DNA of 64,000 nt from Lama glama (lineage: Eukaryota), in contig CM052817.1 in the NCBI GenBank assembly GCA_028534125.1, positions 58,282,001 to 58,346,000 of the forward strand, written 5' to 3'. The notes beneath the pieces were generated by a model that ran no database searches, had not been told where the DNA came from, and was given only the letters and a program-made list of their open reading frames with translations. Made by a program: the position numbers and the translations under genes. Each line of letters begins with the position of its first letter. The stretch's first letter is position 1. This document shows, one piece after another, positions 39,033 through 53,419 of the stretch.

Positions 39033-41281
39033 TATATAATCATGGGAAAGAAACTCATAATTTTCTTACAGATTTTAACATTTTAGATATGTATGGAATT
39101 ACAGAGAGTAGCTATTCTAATATTTCGTTTCACAGAAGAGCATCAGGGAAGTTATGATTTGCTTCAGTTCACAGAGCTGGTTTGGTGGCTGGGTTAGGGT
39201 TAGAAATTAGATTTATCCATCCCAATCTTTTGGATTTCCCCACTATTCCATGTTATTTAATATAAGATTGGCATGATAAGTATCACAGGATATATTTGAT
39301 TTCTATTTTAGAAATAAAATTATGACAGTTCTTATATTACAAATCAGTGAAACATTCATCGATTTCATAGTATCCTGTCTACAAATATAAACCTAGACTA
39401 AAACTTGAGGTTTAATTATATGAGAACTATCTTTGCCTGAAAATACCCATTATTCACTAGAGGAGCTATACTTATCTGGATGATGTTTATGGTACACATT
39501 ATTGTCACTGATTCAATATATTTATGTGCTAGGTTTTCTTTGGCAAATTCTTATTCATCGTATATTAGAATAGTAAAGTGATGTTAGATTCATACAATTA
39601 TCAGAACCATATACACTGACAATGGTGAAAAGTAGACACTTTCAGTGAGGCTAAAATGACAGCTTTAACAACAACAAGCACACCTTAGAAGTTCTTAGAG
39701 AACTAAACATATTGATATAGGGCTAGCAATTGAGTTCTTAAACATTCCCTCTGTATTTCATATGAACACTTTTTCTGAATATATTTTCCCCAAAACACCT
39801 GATAGTTTTAAAAAATTGGTGTCCATAAAAGGACACTATTGTTCTTCATCAAAGTAGTTTGACAATAAGACACCTCACAAGCACTCTGCTCAGATGTAGC
39901 ACAGAGTCACGTATGTTTTCCCCAACAGGAAGGACAAAGAACAGTCCATATTGATCCCTAGGGAAATATACCCTTCGTGTGGGGACAGTTGGTGGTCTTA
40001 TGTTCTGTGAAAACCAAAATATATTGCACATGAATGGAATTTTTAAGAGAAAGGCTTTTAAACTTTCCTATCATTATTGAAAAGCATTTTTTAGTACCTG
40101 TTGTTAAGTACTGTTGTTTTAATAAATGCCTGTGATGTAATAAAGTGTAAAATAAAGTGTAAAGTTACTTTGTATTTGCTCTTTTGGCATTTGGGGCAAG
40201 GGGTTAGACTCAGTGCAATGAAAGAAATAGAAGTGACACTTTCAGAAAACAGTCACCAAATATGTTTGGTTGTAATAATAAGTTTGCAAGAAGCAATTTT
40301 GCAGAGGTAGATACGGATCAGATGTTTGGGTTTTGAATGATAGTAGAGTTAGTATTTACTGTGTAGACACATGCCATTGACATATTTTCATGAGCTAGGC
40401 AATGAGGGAATATATACAGATGATAAATTAGTGAGAGTAATCTCACAGTAGTATGTAGAAAGAATTATAAGTGAAAATTAAAGAATTAGAATGGTTCTTG
40501 GCAAAAAGTTGATAAGCACACCAATTAGGAGATAATGAAGTACGCCTCATAACTGTGGAATGCACAATTCCCCTAGTATGCAAAGAAGAATGAAGGCTAG
40601 AAATAATCATCTCTCTTTAATATGTATTTTTCAAAATACTAGGATTCCAAATAGTTTAATTGTCATAGCACTTTTTCCACATTACCATATTCATCTCAAG
40701 CCAATTACATACAGTGTAATTGTGATATTTTATTGAACATATGTTACTTTCATTGGAGTTAAGAGTATTTGATAATTATTTGTGTTGCTTTATTAACAGT
40801 GACACAAACTGATGTAGCCAAGTGTAGAATCAAGGAGATGGCATCTGTAATGTTGGTTCTCTTGGCATGAAAATAGAATCCCAAGAGACATCATTTTTTT
40901 CTCCATATCTTAAATTATGACAGAAAAATTATGTATTGTTAAATAATAATCATTGAATTTTATTTTTGAATATAGAGTTTACTAATTATATATTTACAGT
41001 TCCTAGTTTTCTATATTTATTAATAATAAAAATTAATTTTGATTTATTCCCTTTTATAGATTAAAACAAAAATATTCACAGTTTAAATTTTTGTATGAAT
41101 TCAGATACTGATTTAAAGTCCACAAAAATCTATGGACACTTTTCCTAGAAAGTGAAATACTGTAACATAATTTTTAAGTTTTAGTATTTTAGTACTGTGG
41201 TACTTGAATAACTTATAAAATCATTTACCTTTCATTAGTATAAATAGAAGAGTTAGCAATACAGGCATAGCTTTAAGAACC

Positions 41282-41325
41282 TCATTTTGCTAATTTTTTA
41301 TTAAATATAAAAATTAGCAAAATGA
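41282..41325. repeat. Perfect 17-bp inverted repeat with 10-nt spacer
   Basis: TCATTTTGCTAATTTTT (41282-41298) and AAAAATTAGCAAAATGA (41309-41325) are exact reverse complements. Confidence 0.95.
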
Positions 41326-43947
41326 AAAAATAGTAATCAAACCAAAACTTTATCCTTTTCACATATTTATAATGCCAATATGTTTTTTAATGAATTACAT
41401 AGAATCATCAGTCCTGTTTGCAAAATGTTATGTTTTTGGACTCGTAGTGGGAAGCCTTAGAGGAATTAAGGCAAATTTTTAAAAAATATTTATTAAAAAT
41501 GTATTTTGATGTGTTCAGATCTATAAAGTTAATCAGTACCTAGCAAAGAGCAAGCTGTGTTTGGAAATACTTCATGCTTGCCATGTTGAAAGGTGAAGAT
41601 AAATCTATTATAATGATTTAATATGCTTTATTTACCCAATCAGGAAATCAAAACCAAATAACTCTCCTTGGAGCAGTAATTATAAAGTATTGTCATTTTA
41701 ATTTCTCTTTCCAAAAAATAGCAGTGGAATCATATCATTAAAAATACATGCATGTATTGGTGTATTATCTTCTTCACTTCATTCATAGATGTGCATAACT
41801 CAATTGTTACTGAATTGTATGTGCCGAGCCTATTTAGTCAATCTATGGAAACTCCTATGATGAGATTAGTAGAGAATGAAAGGTATATCCTAGTAGCACC
41901 TGATCATAATGGAGAATGACTAGAAGAATGCAGACTAGCTTAACCATCCCTTATTAATCTGAATAATTCTCTTTTCTCTTTTTGACCAAATAATGATAGA
42001 GAAGTTCTACTATGTCATTAAATATTACATAAACAACTGTTGAGGTCTAGAGCATGTCATATCTTGGCTTTTAGATATTTTAAGGCTGCTTGTAAAGTCC
42101 TTCAACTAAAATATAACAATATAGAAATGCAATTAATACCATCTTTATAATACCACAATTAGAGAATATTTTAATAATTTAATAATTTCCTCTGATGGAA
42201 TTATTTCTTTTATAAGCAACACTTCTTTGTATAGTAAAATCTCAGCTTGCTTTATTTCTTGCAGGATCATAATTATTGCGTTTATTGCAATAAAAAAACA
42301 AGAAAGACTAAAGGGTTATTTTAGAATTAGCCTTATGGAGTAGTTACATATTAATGCAGTGATGAGAGCTTTGAGAGTTTTTCTTTTCAACTCTGTAGTT
42401 TCAGAAATTCAATTATTTCAGCCAACAGCAACCAGGCTCTGGAGGATTAATTCACAGTAACGAAACATAGGAGACTGATTTATAAATGATGATAACTGTT
42501 TTATTTATTTATAAAACAGACGTATTTCTTTACGGGAATACAGTTATCTTTAAGTTCTATGAGGAAAGAAACCATGTTTGTTAGTCTCATTGTTAAATCC
42601 CTAGAGTTTAGAAAGTTGATTTTTGAATTACTTCATTAATAATTATTTAGTTTACTCTTAATGGCTTAAAGTCATTTGAGAGATTACATGATTAATTAGT
42701 ATTGTTGACAGATTTTTTAAATGTTTGCTTACGGAATACTTAGTAGTAATTGTGCTTGATTTATTATCTAATTTATTAATATTATGAATTTAGTAAAAAT
42801 TAGTATTTCATTACAATTAATCAACTCTTCTCATAATACCCACATAAATCTTACATGAAAATAAATTGGAATATGTATTAAATTAAATTTTCCATGCCTT
42901 TAAACATTTATAGATTTTATATAATCAAGTTCTTCTCAGTATTTTATTACAATACCAAGCCTAACATATCAATTTATCTAAAATGCTTAAGCACTTTTAA
43001 AAAAGGAAATTGTACATATTACAGTGATTCCAAAGCAAAGCAATATGCTTACCCTAAAACTGGTTACAAATGTGCTCATATTAGGAATTTACATTTTTTT
43101 TTACCTTTTGCCTTCTTATACTTTGCTGATATGAAAATTTTCATATTTCCCTGGGATTTCAGAAATATCTGGGTTTATTTTTACACTCCCCTAGATTTAG
43201 TTATTATACAAGACTTAAAAGTAAAAAATTTGCACATTCTGGGTTGTTGACTAGATAATTTTTTGTGTAGTCATTGGAATTTGCTGTACATTCAGAAGTG
43301 ATTAAAACTCAAGATGCTGGCCATCAGATTGGACTTTCCATTTTCAATTAAACTTGGTTTTCTATGTTCTTATACCTTCATTTAGTAAGTTCAAGCCCAG
43401 CTTTTAATTTTGTGCAGTATTGGTGTTCTCTCACAAAATGGTTTACTTTTAAAATTTCAACTGCAACTGTTACACAATGTTCCTGTTTTGATATATATGC
43501 CTGATATTATTAACACTATTAAAAACTCATGGACTCTGATTATTCTCCTTATTATGTAGAACTAGCTATGTTTTTAATCTACCGGAAGATGAGAGACTAT
43601 TTCTTCTTAGTTACCACTTCTAGATATTCCACTAATTTATCCAGTGTCTGGAGCACACAGTTGTGCCCTCTGGATACAGGGTATGATTATTAATGTTAAT
43701 TAAATGCTGGACTCCTTTTCCAGTTGGCTGTTATGTGTGACCATTTAGTGCTGATCAGTCCTTTCTATTCATGGTACAGAACTACTTTTAAAGCTGCTAC
43801 TTTTCTTACCAGTCTTTCCTTGCACAGATCAAAAAAAACCCCATGTCTTTATATTATAAACATACATAAAATTAGAAAAAATAACCATATGATTAAATAC
43901 TTATTTAAAAAATGAAAATTAAAGATGTTCTACCCTGTTTGTGTTTT

Positions 43948-43980
43948 TGTGTGTTTGTGTGCGTGTGTGCGTGTGTGTGT
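43948..43980. repeat. Imperfect (TG)n microsatellite
   Basis: tgtgtgtttgtgtgcgtgtgtgcgtgtgtgtgt. Confidence 0.85.
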
Positions 43981-45310
43981 AATGCCACTTTATATCCTTT
44001 ACATTAACTTTTCTGTTTGAGTAACTCTTAGCGTCTGGCAGACTCAAATTGTTTCATTTAGCCATAATGATTACTGTTTGTTATTGTTGTTGTTTGTTTT
44101 TTTATGTTCATAATGTCAGAGTTAGCAAGGGAAAAGCCTTAGGTTGCTTTCCTTAGCCTTTCAAAACCACCTCCAACTTGTTTTTAGACAAACGTTGTTT
44201 TCTGGCAACAAAAGAATGTTACAGAAATATTCTGTTTTTTCTGTCCTCCTCTTTTTTCTTTTCCTAATCGTTAAGGATCCCTGGTTCTTTTTTGTTGGTG
44301 GATATTGGGCAAGGTGTATCTCGACTGCCCAAAGGTGCTGGCTGAGGCAAAAGTGCTCTTGCTGATACTGGTCTATTTTAAGGAGAGATTTGGAAAAGAT
44401 ACTTCTTTTAGGCCTATGAGTTCACATCGATTTTTCTTCTGTAACATGTTGCTGCAGCTACTCTCCTTTTCTTATGAAATTTCGCCGCTTCAAAGACTGT
44501 CCGCCACACTAACAAGAAAGTTTCTTTGTAAGCAAGGTATCAAAGCAAAGCAATTTAAAATAAGCAGATTGGAGAACCCTTCTTCTAGACCAGTGGTAGA
44601 TGGACTCCTGCTAGTCCACATATCAAGGGTCACCTGCAAAATGAGAATAAAATAAGAACAATGTAGTGAGTTTCCCAAATTTAATTTGTTTAGTTTGTTG
44701 GTGTTACTTTTTAAAATTAAATGTTAGGATAGCAGTGGCAGAGTTTTAAAATATTTCCTTGTTAAAAAAATGAAGTCTGTTTTTAATTTTATTTTCCAAA
44801 CTGAAAGTGGATGTGTTAACTGTCAAAATTCAGAAGAGGGTTGAACAATCCAACCTTGAAAAAATTATGTATGTTCCTGGACCTCAGGAACTGCTGGATC
44901 CAGGAACCAGAAGACCTACTGGTATGATACTTCTCATTTTTCAAGTAGACTTAGTCTGATCTTAACCATGCAATGAAGTCCAAGGCTCCTGTGGTGTGCA
45001 TCTTGCAATATCTATCACCAAAGAGGAACTTTTCTCATTTCTCTGAAAGGGCTATGATCGGCAAATTAAATGTGGTTAAAATACTCATCTTGGACTATTC
45101 AGCAAGGACAGGAAGTTTGGCTAATGTAAGAACCATATTGTCTTCTGGAAGCTAGGTGGATCAAGTGAGGTGGTTCCAAATGAGCAAACCATAGAAGCTT
45201 ACAATGTGGAAGTTGTCCTTACTTGGCATAACAACAAAACATATGCCAGTACTCATTTATTTCCTTTCTTCCTTTGTTCTGATCTTTATTGCCTTCTAAA
45301 TGTTGTTGGT

Positions 45311-45698
45311 TGTGTAATTTTGCTGGAGCTGCCATAACAAAATACCACAGACTGGGTGGCTTAAACAGCAGAAATTTATTTTCTTACAGTTCTGTTAGCT
45401 GGAAGTCCAAGATCAAAGTGTAAGCAGGTTTGATTTGTCCTGAAGCCTTTCTCCTTGGCTTGCAGATGGCTGCCTTCTTCCTGTGTCCCCCCATGGTTGT
45501 TCCTCTGTCTGTGTTGTCTGTCCTAATATCCTCTTATAAGAACACCAGTCACATTGGATTAGGGCCCACCCTTATGAGCTTATTTAACTGTAACTTCTTC
45601 TTTAAGGGTACTACCGTCAAAAGTAATTACATTCTAAGGTACTAGGGATTAAGACTTCAGATTATGAATTTTGGATGAAAATAGTTGAGATCATAATA
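45311..45698 (-). mobile_element. MaLR solo LTR (MLT1B/C-like)
   Basis: gctgccataacaaaataccacagactgggtggcttaaacagcagaaatttatt…tcctcttataagaacaccagtcacattggattagggcccaccct. Confidence 0.9.
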
Positions 45699-47243
45699 TT
45701 GGTCAATGAAATTCAAAATACAAGTATATAATTATTTAGGCCAATTTGAAGCTATGTCAGTTACTACCCTTTCACTATAAAACACTTATTTTTTTAACCA
45801 AAGTATGTATTCTTGACTACTCGATTAAGATTCTCTCATTTGGATACTGCTTAATATACGCTAATAATGATATCTTTATACCACCTCCTTTTTCTAAACT
45901 CTGAATTTTCCACAGTCAACTTCAGTTATTTTTTTTTATTGTTTCAGTATTGTTTTGTATTTTTGAGAGTGGCAGCTTATCTTTTGTTATCTACATTTTA
46001 TAACATCTTTTTGATGCTATTATAAATAAGCAACTTATTCTCAATGGGCTATTCCTGCCACAATATGTCATAGACCGTCCAAGAAACAGTAGATTTTATT
46101 TACAGTTTAAATTATTAGATACCTTTTAATTAATACAGATACAATGCAATCCAATGCAATCTAATACAGTAATAATTCCCTGTAACTTTCATTTACAGAA
46201 AGAAGCCTTTGTATTTGGGGATGTTTATTACCTTTGAAACTGTGCTCTATTCACAGAAAACATGTGTTTCTAAAGTTTAATAATGTTTAATTCTATTTTT
46301 TACAGTGAGAATGGTTTATTTATAATTCGCAGTATATTTACTTTTAATCCCAAGAACTAAGAAGCTCAGTGTCCCCTTTGATAATATCATTAGGCTTTCT
46401 TCAATGAATGTTTACTTTTTAAAATATAAATTATGGTAACATTCAAATCAATGGAAAAAGTAATCTGAAATGTTGTGGCATCATTTAGTAATTAGGTTGT
46501 TTTTCTTGATATCCTATTTTTTGTACTGTTGTTATTTCAATCCTAGTCTTTAACTGTAAATTCTTGCTTTTCTTAACATATTCACTACCAATCTATACAC
46601 AGATATACAAATCAGGACTTTATTCTTCACTCAAGAAGTTCTATTGCTGTGCATCACTGTTTTCCTTCAAGAATTCTCAATATACCGTTTGCTATTTGCC
46701 CTCTTAAAAAAAAGATAAAGAAACAATATAGCTCTAATATTTATGACATTGTGAAAATCAGTAATTGATTTTTAATCTGATTGACATTTATTTCTGTTGT
46801 TCATCCCTCTTAATCTAAAGCAAATGCTTGGGAAATAGTAACTGGATCCCCACTTCCAAACACAATGTAAATTAATGTCTCAGGATTGGCACTGTATATA
46901 AAAATTGTTTGAGAAGCAATTCACTCAATGTGTCAGAAGACTGTTACACAGATTTGAAAGATAAATATTAGAAAAAGAATCTAAAGGTTTAGTTCATACA
47001 CGTCTATATACACGTCTATACGTCTATATATATAAGAATTAAATTTTTTATAGTAATTATTGAAATTTTTTATTGGGCTGATAGTTTTAAAGCTTATAAG
47101 ATAATCAACAATTCCTGGGGTTCAGTTAAAGCATTTTCTGTCTAATTTTGAGCTCTTTTTTTGCTTCATGGCATCTACATGTAGTTATTTCCTCAGTTTC
47201 TCAGTGATTTGTTTTCTGACTATTGATTTTGCTTTTTCTCCAG

Positions 47244-47337
47244 GATGTTTTGAATAATTTGGGCTCTTGTGAATTGGATGAAGATGATCTAATGCTTGAT
47301 TTGGAATTTTTAGAGGAACAGAATCTTCGTCCTTCAG
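47244..47337 (+). CDS. CCSER1: Internal coding exon of coiled-coil serine-rich protein 1 (94 nt, phase 0 start, phase 1 end; likely exon 4)
   Basis: Polypyrimidine tract and acceptor gctttttctccag| at 47243; donor |gtaaat at 47338. Open frame DVLNNLGSCELDEDDLMLDLEFLEEQNLRPS(+1 nt) matches the recalled mammalian CCSER1/FAM190A peptide (…DVLNNLGSCELDEDDLMLDLEFLEEQ…). Confidence 0.93.
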
Positions 47338-48449
47338 GTAAATGTTGAATAAATGCATAGTATCATACAACTCTATTCCTATTCATTTGGCTTCCATTGA
47401 CAAGCTAAATATTATTTAGGCTGCATTCAGTATTTTCTATCCCCAGTTTGTATATTCTGTGTGCAAGGCACATGGTAGGTACCCTGGACCCATGATTCTG
47501 GTGGTCTTAAAAATCTATTATGGAAATGTAAATTCTGTTGGAAGATAATTATAAAAGGAAAAAAAAACTATAAAAGAGTTACAATCCCATTTTTGTTTAT
47601 AATACAACCAAATGAAAGTTTTGTGGATCTAGATTTATGCTTTCAAATCTTAAGCTACCTCAGTAATAACTGTGGAAGTTAGTGTTGATGCAGTAAGGTT
47701 GACCTCAAAATTAATAATCACCAGTAGCAATCACAAACACATACATACACATATAGTGTAAGATAAATAAATTATTCCTGAATGAATTAAGAATGGAGCC
47801 CCACTGTATTTGTAATAGTTTAAATTTTTATTAAAGCATAGAGTGCAATGTCTTCAAATATCAAAATTATTCTCTTTGAAGTAGGAAATAGGAATTAATT
47901 TTTCAAATTTAGATATCTGACTAAAAAGGCAAGCTTTTACTTATTTTTTTACTGCTAATAAAACCTTTAACATACTATTTTCAAGTTAAAGTAGAAGTAA
48001 CATTAAATTTGAGTTTTAAAATCATGAGTCTTAGTGAATACATTTGAGAAAATCAATCTCTTGGACTTTATTGTTCATGTATTGAACTTTCAGGAGTTAG
48101 GCATAATCTCTAAGATTTTTTCCAGCTGTAATATTTTATGATGAATTTTTGTTTATGCAGTATTTTTATATTATAAGTAGTATCATATTAACAATTGTTT
48201 AAAAAGAGAAATAACAATATTTACACTTTCTTACACTCCATTTTAGGCTAATATCAAAAAGAAACTACTTAAAACTTTTTTTTCTGGTTAAATATGAATT
48301 TACAATAACCATTTCTTGAGACGTTCTTCCTGCAGTTGATATGACAGATATTCTTTTGAAAATGTAGATTTTTCTCACTTTTATGCAGATACCTTATATA
48401 ATTTTGGCATTCATGTGTATTTATCTTTAAAGAATTACACTAGGTGGCA

Positions 48450-49445
48450 ATGTATACCTTTTGGTGGGAGATTTGTCAATATCTAGGGAAACTATACATA
48501 CATTTGCCTTTAGATCCAACTATCCAACATCTAGAAATTTAATCCTAAAACAATGGAAATATACAAAATAATATATGCAAATAGCTATTTGTTGCAAAAT
48601 ATTTGCAAAAACAAAATGGTGGAAACACCTCAAATATCCTTCAAGAGAACATTTATTGAATATACAATGGTGTACTAAGCAGTCTTTAAAAGGAATAATA
48701 TTGATGTCTTTATGTGCTATGGCATGATTGTAAAGATATACTATCAATGGAGAACTTTGCAATAATGGATCAGACTGGCAGTACCTAAAATCATTGATCT
48801 CTAACGGCACTACAAGTGTAACAACTAGTCATTTTGTCCCTCTTAATGCAATGAGTAGAGAAATTCACAGCAACACCACTCCTGCCCACAAGTACTTTAA
48901 TCTAAATCTCTTAATTAAACCATGATTTTACAGGAAAGGTTGGAATGAGGGAAGAGGGAATGCTAAATGGCATGATGGAATTTCAGGCAAAGAAATATAG
49001 GATGTAGAGAATTCTACGGGATAAATGGTCTGGTTTCTTTAACAACAACAAAAAATGGCATGATGAAAGTGGTAAATGCAATGTGACCTGTGTGTTGGCA
49101 AAACATAAAAACACTATACAAATATATTTCTGAATTCTCAAAGAAGTTTGAGTAGTGATGGAAGTATTATCACAGAATTATTTTTTGGGGGGGTGTTGAA
49201 TATTTTTCTTTGATTTTGTCTTTTAAAGAAAACACATTATAGAAATGTGTGTGGTTGAAACAATATGGTATCTGTGATTTGCTTTATCAACAAGTATAGA
49301 GGAGGAAATAGATGAAACAAAGCTGGCAAATTATTGAAAATTATCAAAGCTGGGCAGTAGGTGCTGGAGGCATAAGTTTCATTGCTTAATTGTAGTATTT
49401 TCTCTATTTTGTGTATTTTAAAGATCTTTCACAATAAAAATAAAA
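48450..49445 (+). mobile_element. Old L1ME/L1MC 3' fragments
   Basis: ORF2-end-like cctttagatccaactatccaacatctagaaatttaatcct and 3'UTR-like gatgaaacaaagctggcaaattattgaaaattatcaaagctggg…tttcacaataaaaa. Confidence 0.65.
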
Positions 49446-52390
49446 CCAAGTAATAAACAGAATTATAAATAACATAGCAATCTCAGTTATGTTTGGTAAG
49501 CAATCATGATAAAGAGCAAAGAATGACTTAAAATTATAAAGAGTTAGCTCAATTTATTTGCTATGAAACAAAAATGAACATTTGTAAACTTTAGTTTCTC
49601 TTTTATAAAATAATGAGTGTTATGTACTTCATTAGTTTATTATAAAAAGTGATATAACAAGTATGATGAATCTCCAGAGTCAGTTTCAACGTGCAGATAA
49701 CTTCATTGAAGCCAGAAATAGGGTACTTTATGTATCAACTGAGTTAACAAAGTTGTTCATAAGATAAATGATGCTACTTTGCATATCTGAAATACAGTTC
49801 TAATAAATGAGATATTCCTTAAAGTGACTTGGGTTTGTTTAATGTTACTTAATAAAGTGTTTTTTGAAAACCAATTTCACTTTGGATGCCACATTATGGG
49901 TTTTTAAAAAAGCCACTAATATCTGTTTATATATATAAGCTCAGAAAGAAGAACTTCTGGTTAAATTGATTTGACACAATTTATTTTCTTTTTTAAGAAA
50001 CATAATTAAAGGCTTTCTCAAAATGTAAGAAGCTCATTATTGATATTTGATATTGATAAAAAGCTCATTAATGCTAAACATTCTAAAACGATGGTTTAAA
50101 TAAAAGTGATTTTCAAAGTCTGAAAACTAAAATAATGATACAATTAAATTCTACTATTTACATTATTGAAAATCATAGAGGGTTTTAAAAAATTTCATTA
50201 GAATAAAACATTAATTTTGGGGTATAAGGTCTTATTAAAGCAAAGATTTATAGCAGTTTATAATGAAGTTTACTATAATGGCCAAGATGAGTTTTGTGAA
50301 AGACCAGAGAAGTATTTTTGTTTTTAAAATATTAAGTCAGATGTTTCTAATAATTGTCATGTGTGGCATATATAAATTTTACTAGTTTAATATATAATTA
50401 CTGATGGTTAGATTTGCAAAGACTGGAGAAACCATCATGTGTTGGAAGTGTAGGAATTCTGCTGTTCTTTTTTACTACAGTAATTAGTACATAGTAGATG
50501 CTCAATTGATATCTGTTAATGTGACTTTATTTAAAACATAGTCAGACACCTTTGGACATGTGTATAATGAAAAACATGAATTGAAAATAAAAACGAAAAT
50601 TAGTAAAGTTCAATCATTTTCTTTTTACAGAAAATCAATTACCTTTAATTAAGAGATCAGTTTTTCTGGACAAAACTTGAAAATCTGTAATTTAAATTTT
50701 TTTTTCTGCATTTTTTTCCAAATGTATATTGGACACTTTATATTGAACAATTTAACATGCAAAGAGGCATTCTAAAGGCCAGTGGAATGCATAATAAATG
50801 TATATATATGTTAATATTCACATAATATTAACTACTGTTGAAAGATACACTACTTGCAGTATAACAATATGAGTTAAAGCATATCAACCAGCCAAGTGAA
50901 ATATCAGAATAGAATAAGCAAAAGAGTTGTGTGGTTCAAAGTCTGTGTCATACAAATGCTCATATACTTCTACATTTGAATATACATCTGTGTATTTCAT
51001 CATGTTGTTGTTGCATTTTGTGCTTATGACTTGTGCTACATAAAGACTGCTATTACTGTAGTCATAATAATTTTGGAGATCTTTTAATATGTATGTTATT
51101 TCATTCTTTGCTATCTGCATTTTCATCTAAAAATGAATTATAAGTTTGCAGTTAGACTTTTAAAAGTTTGTTTTTGACCAGTGCTGTGAACAATTTGAAT
51201 AAAATTCCATGAATTCTTTGAATATATAAATATACCTATGGAGTCCTAAATGAACATACTTCCTTGCTAAAGAAAAGAGGTAGTATGAATACATTATAGT
51301 ACAAATAAAATATTTGTTTAAAAGTGCAATAAGTAGATATTATCTTTTTTTTTAATGAAAGCAAGAAAGGACAATTTCAATGAAAGAAAAGTGTCTGAAT
51401 TCAAAATGAGTTGCCAAAAGAGACTTGCTTAAAGGAAAAAAAAATAAAAGCAACTATTCTGAATAATTTATTCTGATCTTGGCATTATCTAATATTTTTG
51501 TAAATTCTAAGCTATGATTCTACATTTAAAAGCCTATGGATAAACCTTCCAGATGTCTAGTATGTTTTCTTAAATTAATGCTTAAGTTACTTTTCTGGAA
51601 AATATTTTTTGAACAACTAATATGCATCATATTTAAATACAAGATTATCAATTTGTTTAATACCAGACATTCCATTTTCCCTGTGGTAAAATATTATATT
51701 TATTATTTCTCTATTTAATAAATCATTTATAATGCACATATGACCAAACAGTTTTTTTTTAATTTAAAAATATGAGATACTATCATTTATACATTGATAA
51801 ACTTAAAAATATTAGGGACTCTTCTCATATTTTATATCTCTCATCACTCTTTTATTCATGTTTTTGCCACAAATTGAGTCATGCAAGATGTTAGCAGTGA
51901 TGTTGGTTAGATATACCTCAACAGTCTTTTGAAAAATTAAAACAGTAACAAAATTTACTAGCATTTAGTATGACTAAGACTCAGATAAGTGACCTTAACA
52001 TTTTCTTTACACCGAAATACATGTTATGAACTATATAATTTGTCGAAGGAGAAATACCAGAAGTATATTTTGCCTGAATTTTTCTTCATGTAGTTTTACA
52101 TTTTTGTGTTTAGGAATTTTTTCTATTAATTTAAACATCTTGCAAAATAATCATTTGAGAAAAACAGGATAATGATAAAAGAAAAATATGATGAAGCCAC
52201 AGGTCAGTTTAGAGCACAAGTATTACCACAGAGAGCCAAAAATGCTAGTTGGAGTATACTGCTAGCTTATGTCAAGAAAGAAACAGAACCAATTGCATTA
52301 TTAAAACTATATACCATGAATCATTCAATCAATCAGCTAATGCATTTTTTTAAAATGAAGGAATTCTTGATACTAAGAACTGACAGAAGA

Positions 52391-52516
52391 GGGGGAGGGT
52401 ATAGTATAGCTCAAGTGATACAGCATATGCTTAGCATGTACAAGGTCCTGGGTTCAATTCCCAGTATCTCCTCTAAAAATAAATAAATAAATCTAATTAC
52501 CTACTCCCCCCACAAA
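52391..52516 (+). mobile_element. tRNA-derived camelid SINE (vic-1-like) with TSD
   Basis: gggggagggtata…gctcaagtgatacagcatatgcttagcatgtacaaggtcctgggttcaattcccagtatctcc (A box, and B box GGTTCAATTCC), then an (aaat)n/C-rich tail. TSD aagaactga(c/a)aga at 52375-52387 and 52517-52529. Confidence 0.88.
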
Positions 52517-53419
52517 AAGAACTGAAAGATATTTTGCTCACATGTCTCTATAAAGTATAAACGATCTGACATCAAGAATAGTTTCCTCAGCAACTTCTTT
52601 CAGTACAAGCTGGTGGCATCATGCTACCAGTTCAGAGAAGAATTTCTAAATGGTGACACATCAGTGTAGCAAAAGCTGGGAGCTTTATAAAGATCTTGCT
52701 TAATCCAAAAATAAAATCTAGTTCCTCATCCATACTTCATATTCCTAGGATAATTTTAATGGTGAAAATAAAGTAAATGTTGTCAAGCATTTTCTTCAGA
52801 CATAAGGTAATTACCATAAAGCCTGATAGAATATCTAATATGAAGCAGTGTTACTTCCTGATGAGTCCTCCAAAATGAACTGTTTGCAAAGTATATAACT
52901 GTTATGTAACTGAATAAGATGTCTTCTACAAATAGATGCAATCAAAACACCAGTTAAATATCAAACAGTGCATACTATTCAATAAAGAATAAGAATTTGA
53001 GTTTTGGTTTTAGAGCATTTAGTCTGTAGCTGTTCTTTTGCACAATAAACTAGAACAAGGTCACATGGCTGTCGAGGCGGCCTCTGGTGTTATCTTCATA
53101 GTGGCAGAAGCTGATGGGAAACATACACATGGCTAATTTGACAGTGAAGCATCATCATTAACTACATGAGTTAAAGTTAAAAGGAGAGAAGGCTGAAACA
53201 CATCTTGGTGTTACCTGTTTGGAACATATTCATTAAAATACTATTTCTCCAGTTCTTTCCTTGACTCTTTTTGTTAATACTAGGAGTGGGAGGAAAACTG
53301 GATGCCTACAATAAGCCATGCTCTTTTCTAAACTATCTCAAGTTATCTTCACAGTAGCTCTCTGAGAGGAAATTGCATTTTAAAGATCCATTCAAATTAA
53401 AGAGGCCACAAATTAATAT

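Noticed and set aside
46997..47032. Short tandem (ac)acgtctat repeats upstream of the exon as a splicing element
   Set aside because: Simple slippage repeat about 210 nt from the acceptor, with no evidence of function.
52391..52475. tRNA-Ala-like gene
   Set aside because: Degenerate stems, an A-rich tail and a TSD show it is a SINE, not a functional tRNA.
53075..53093. CTCF-like site on the minus strand (aacaccagaggccgcc)
   Set aside because: It mismatches at core positions and is weaker than the two reported sites.
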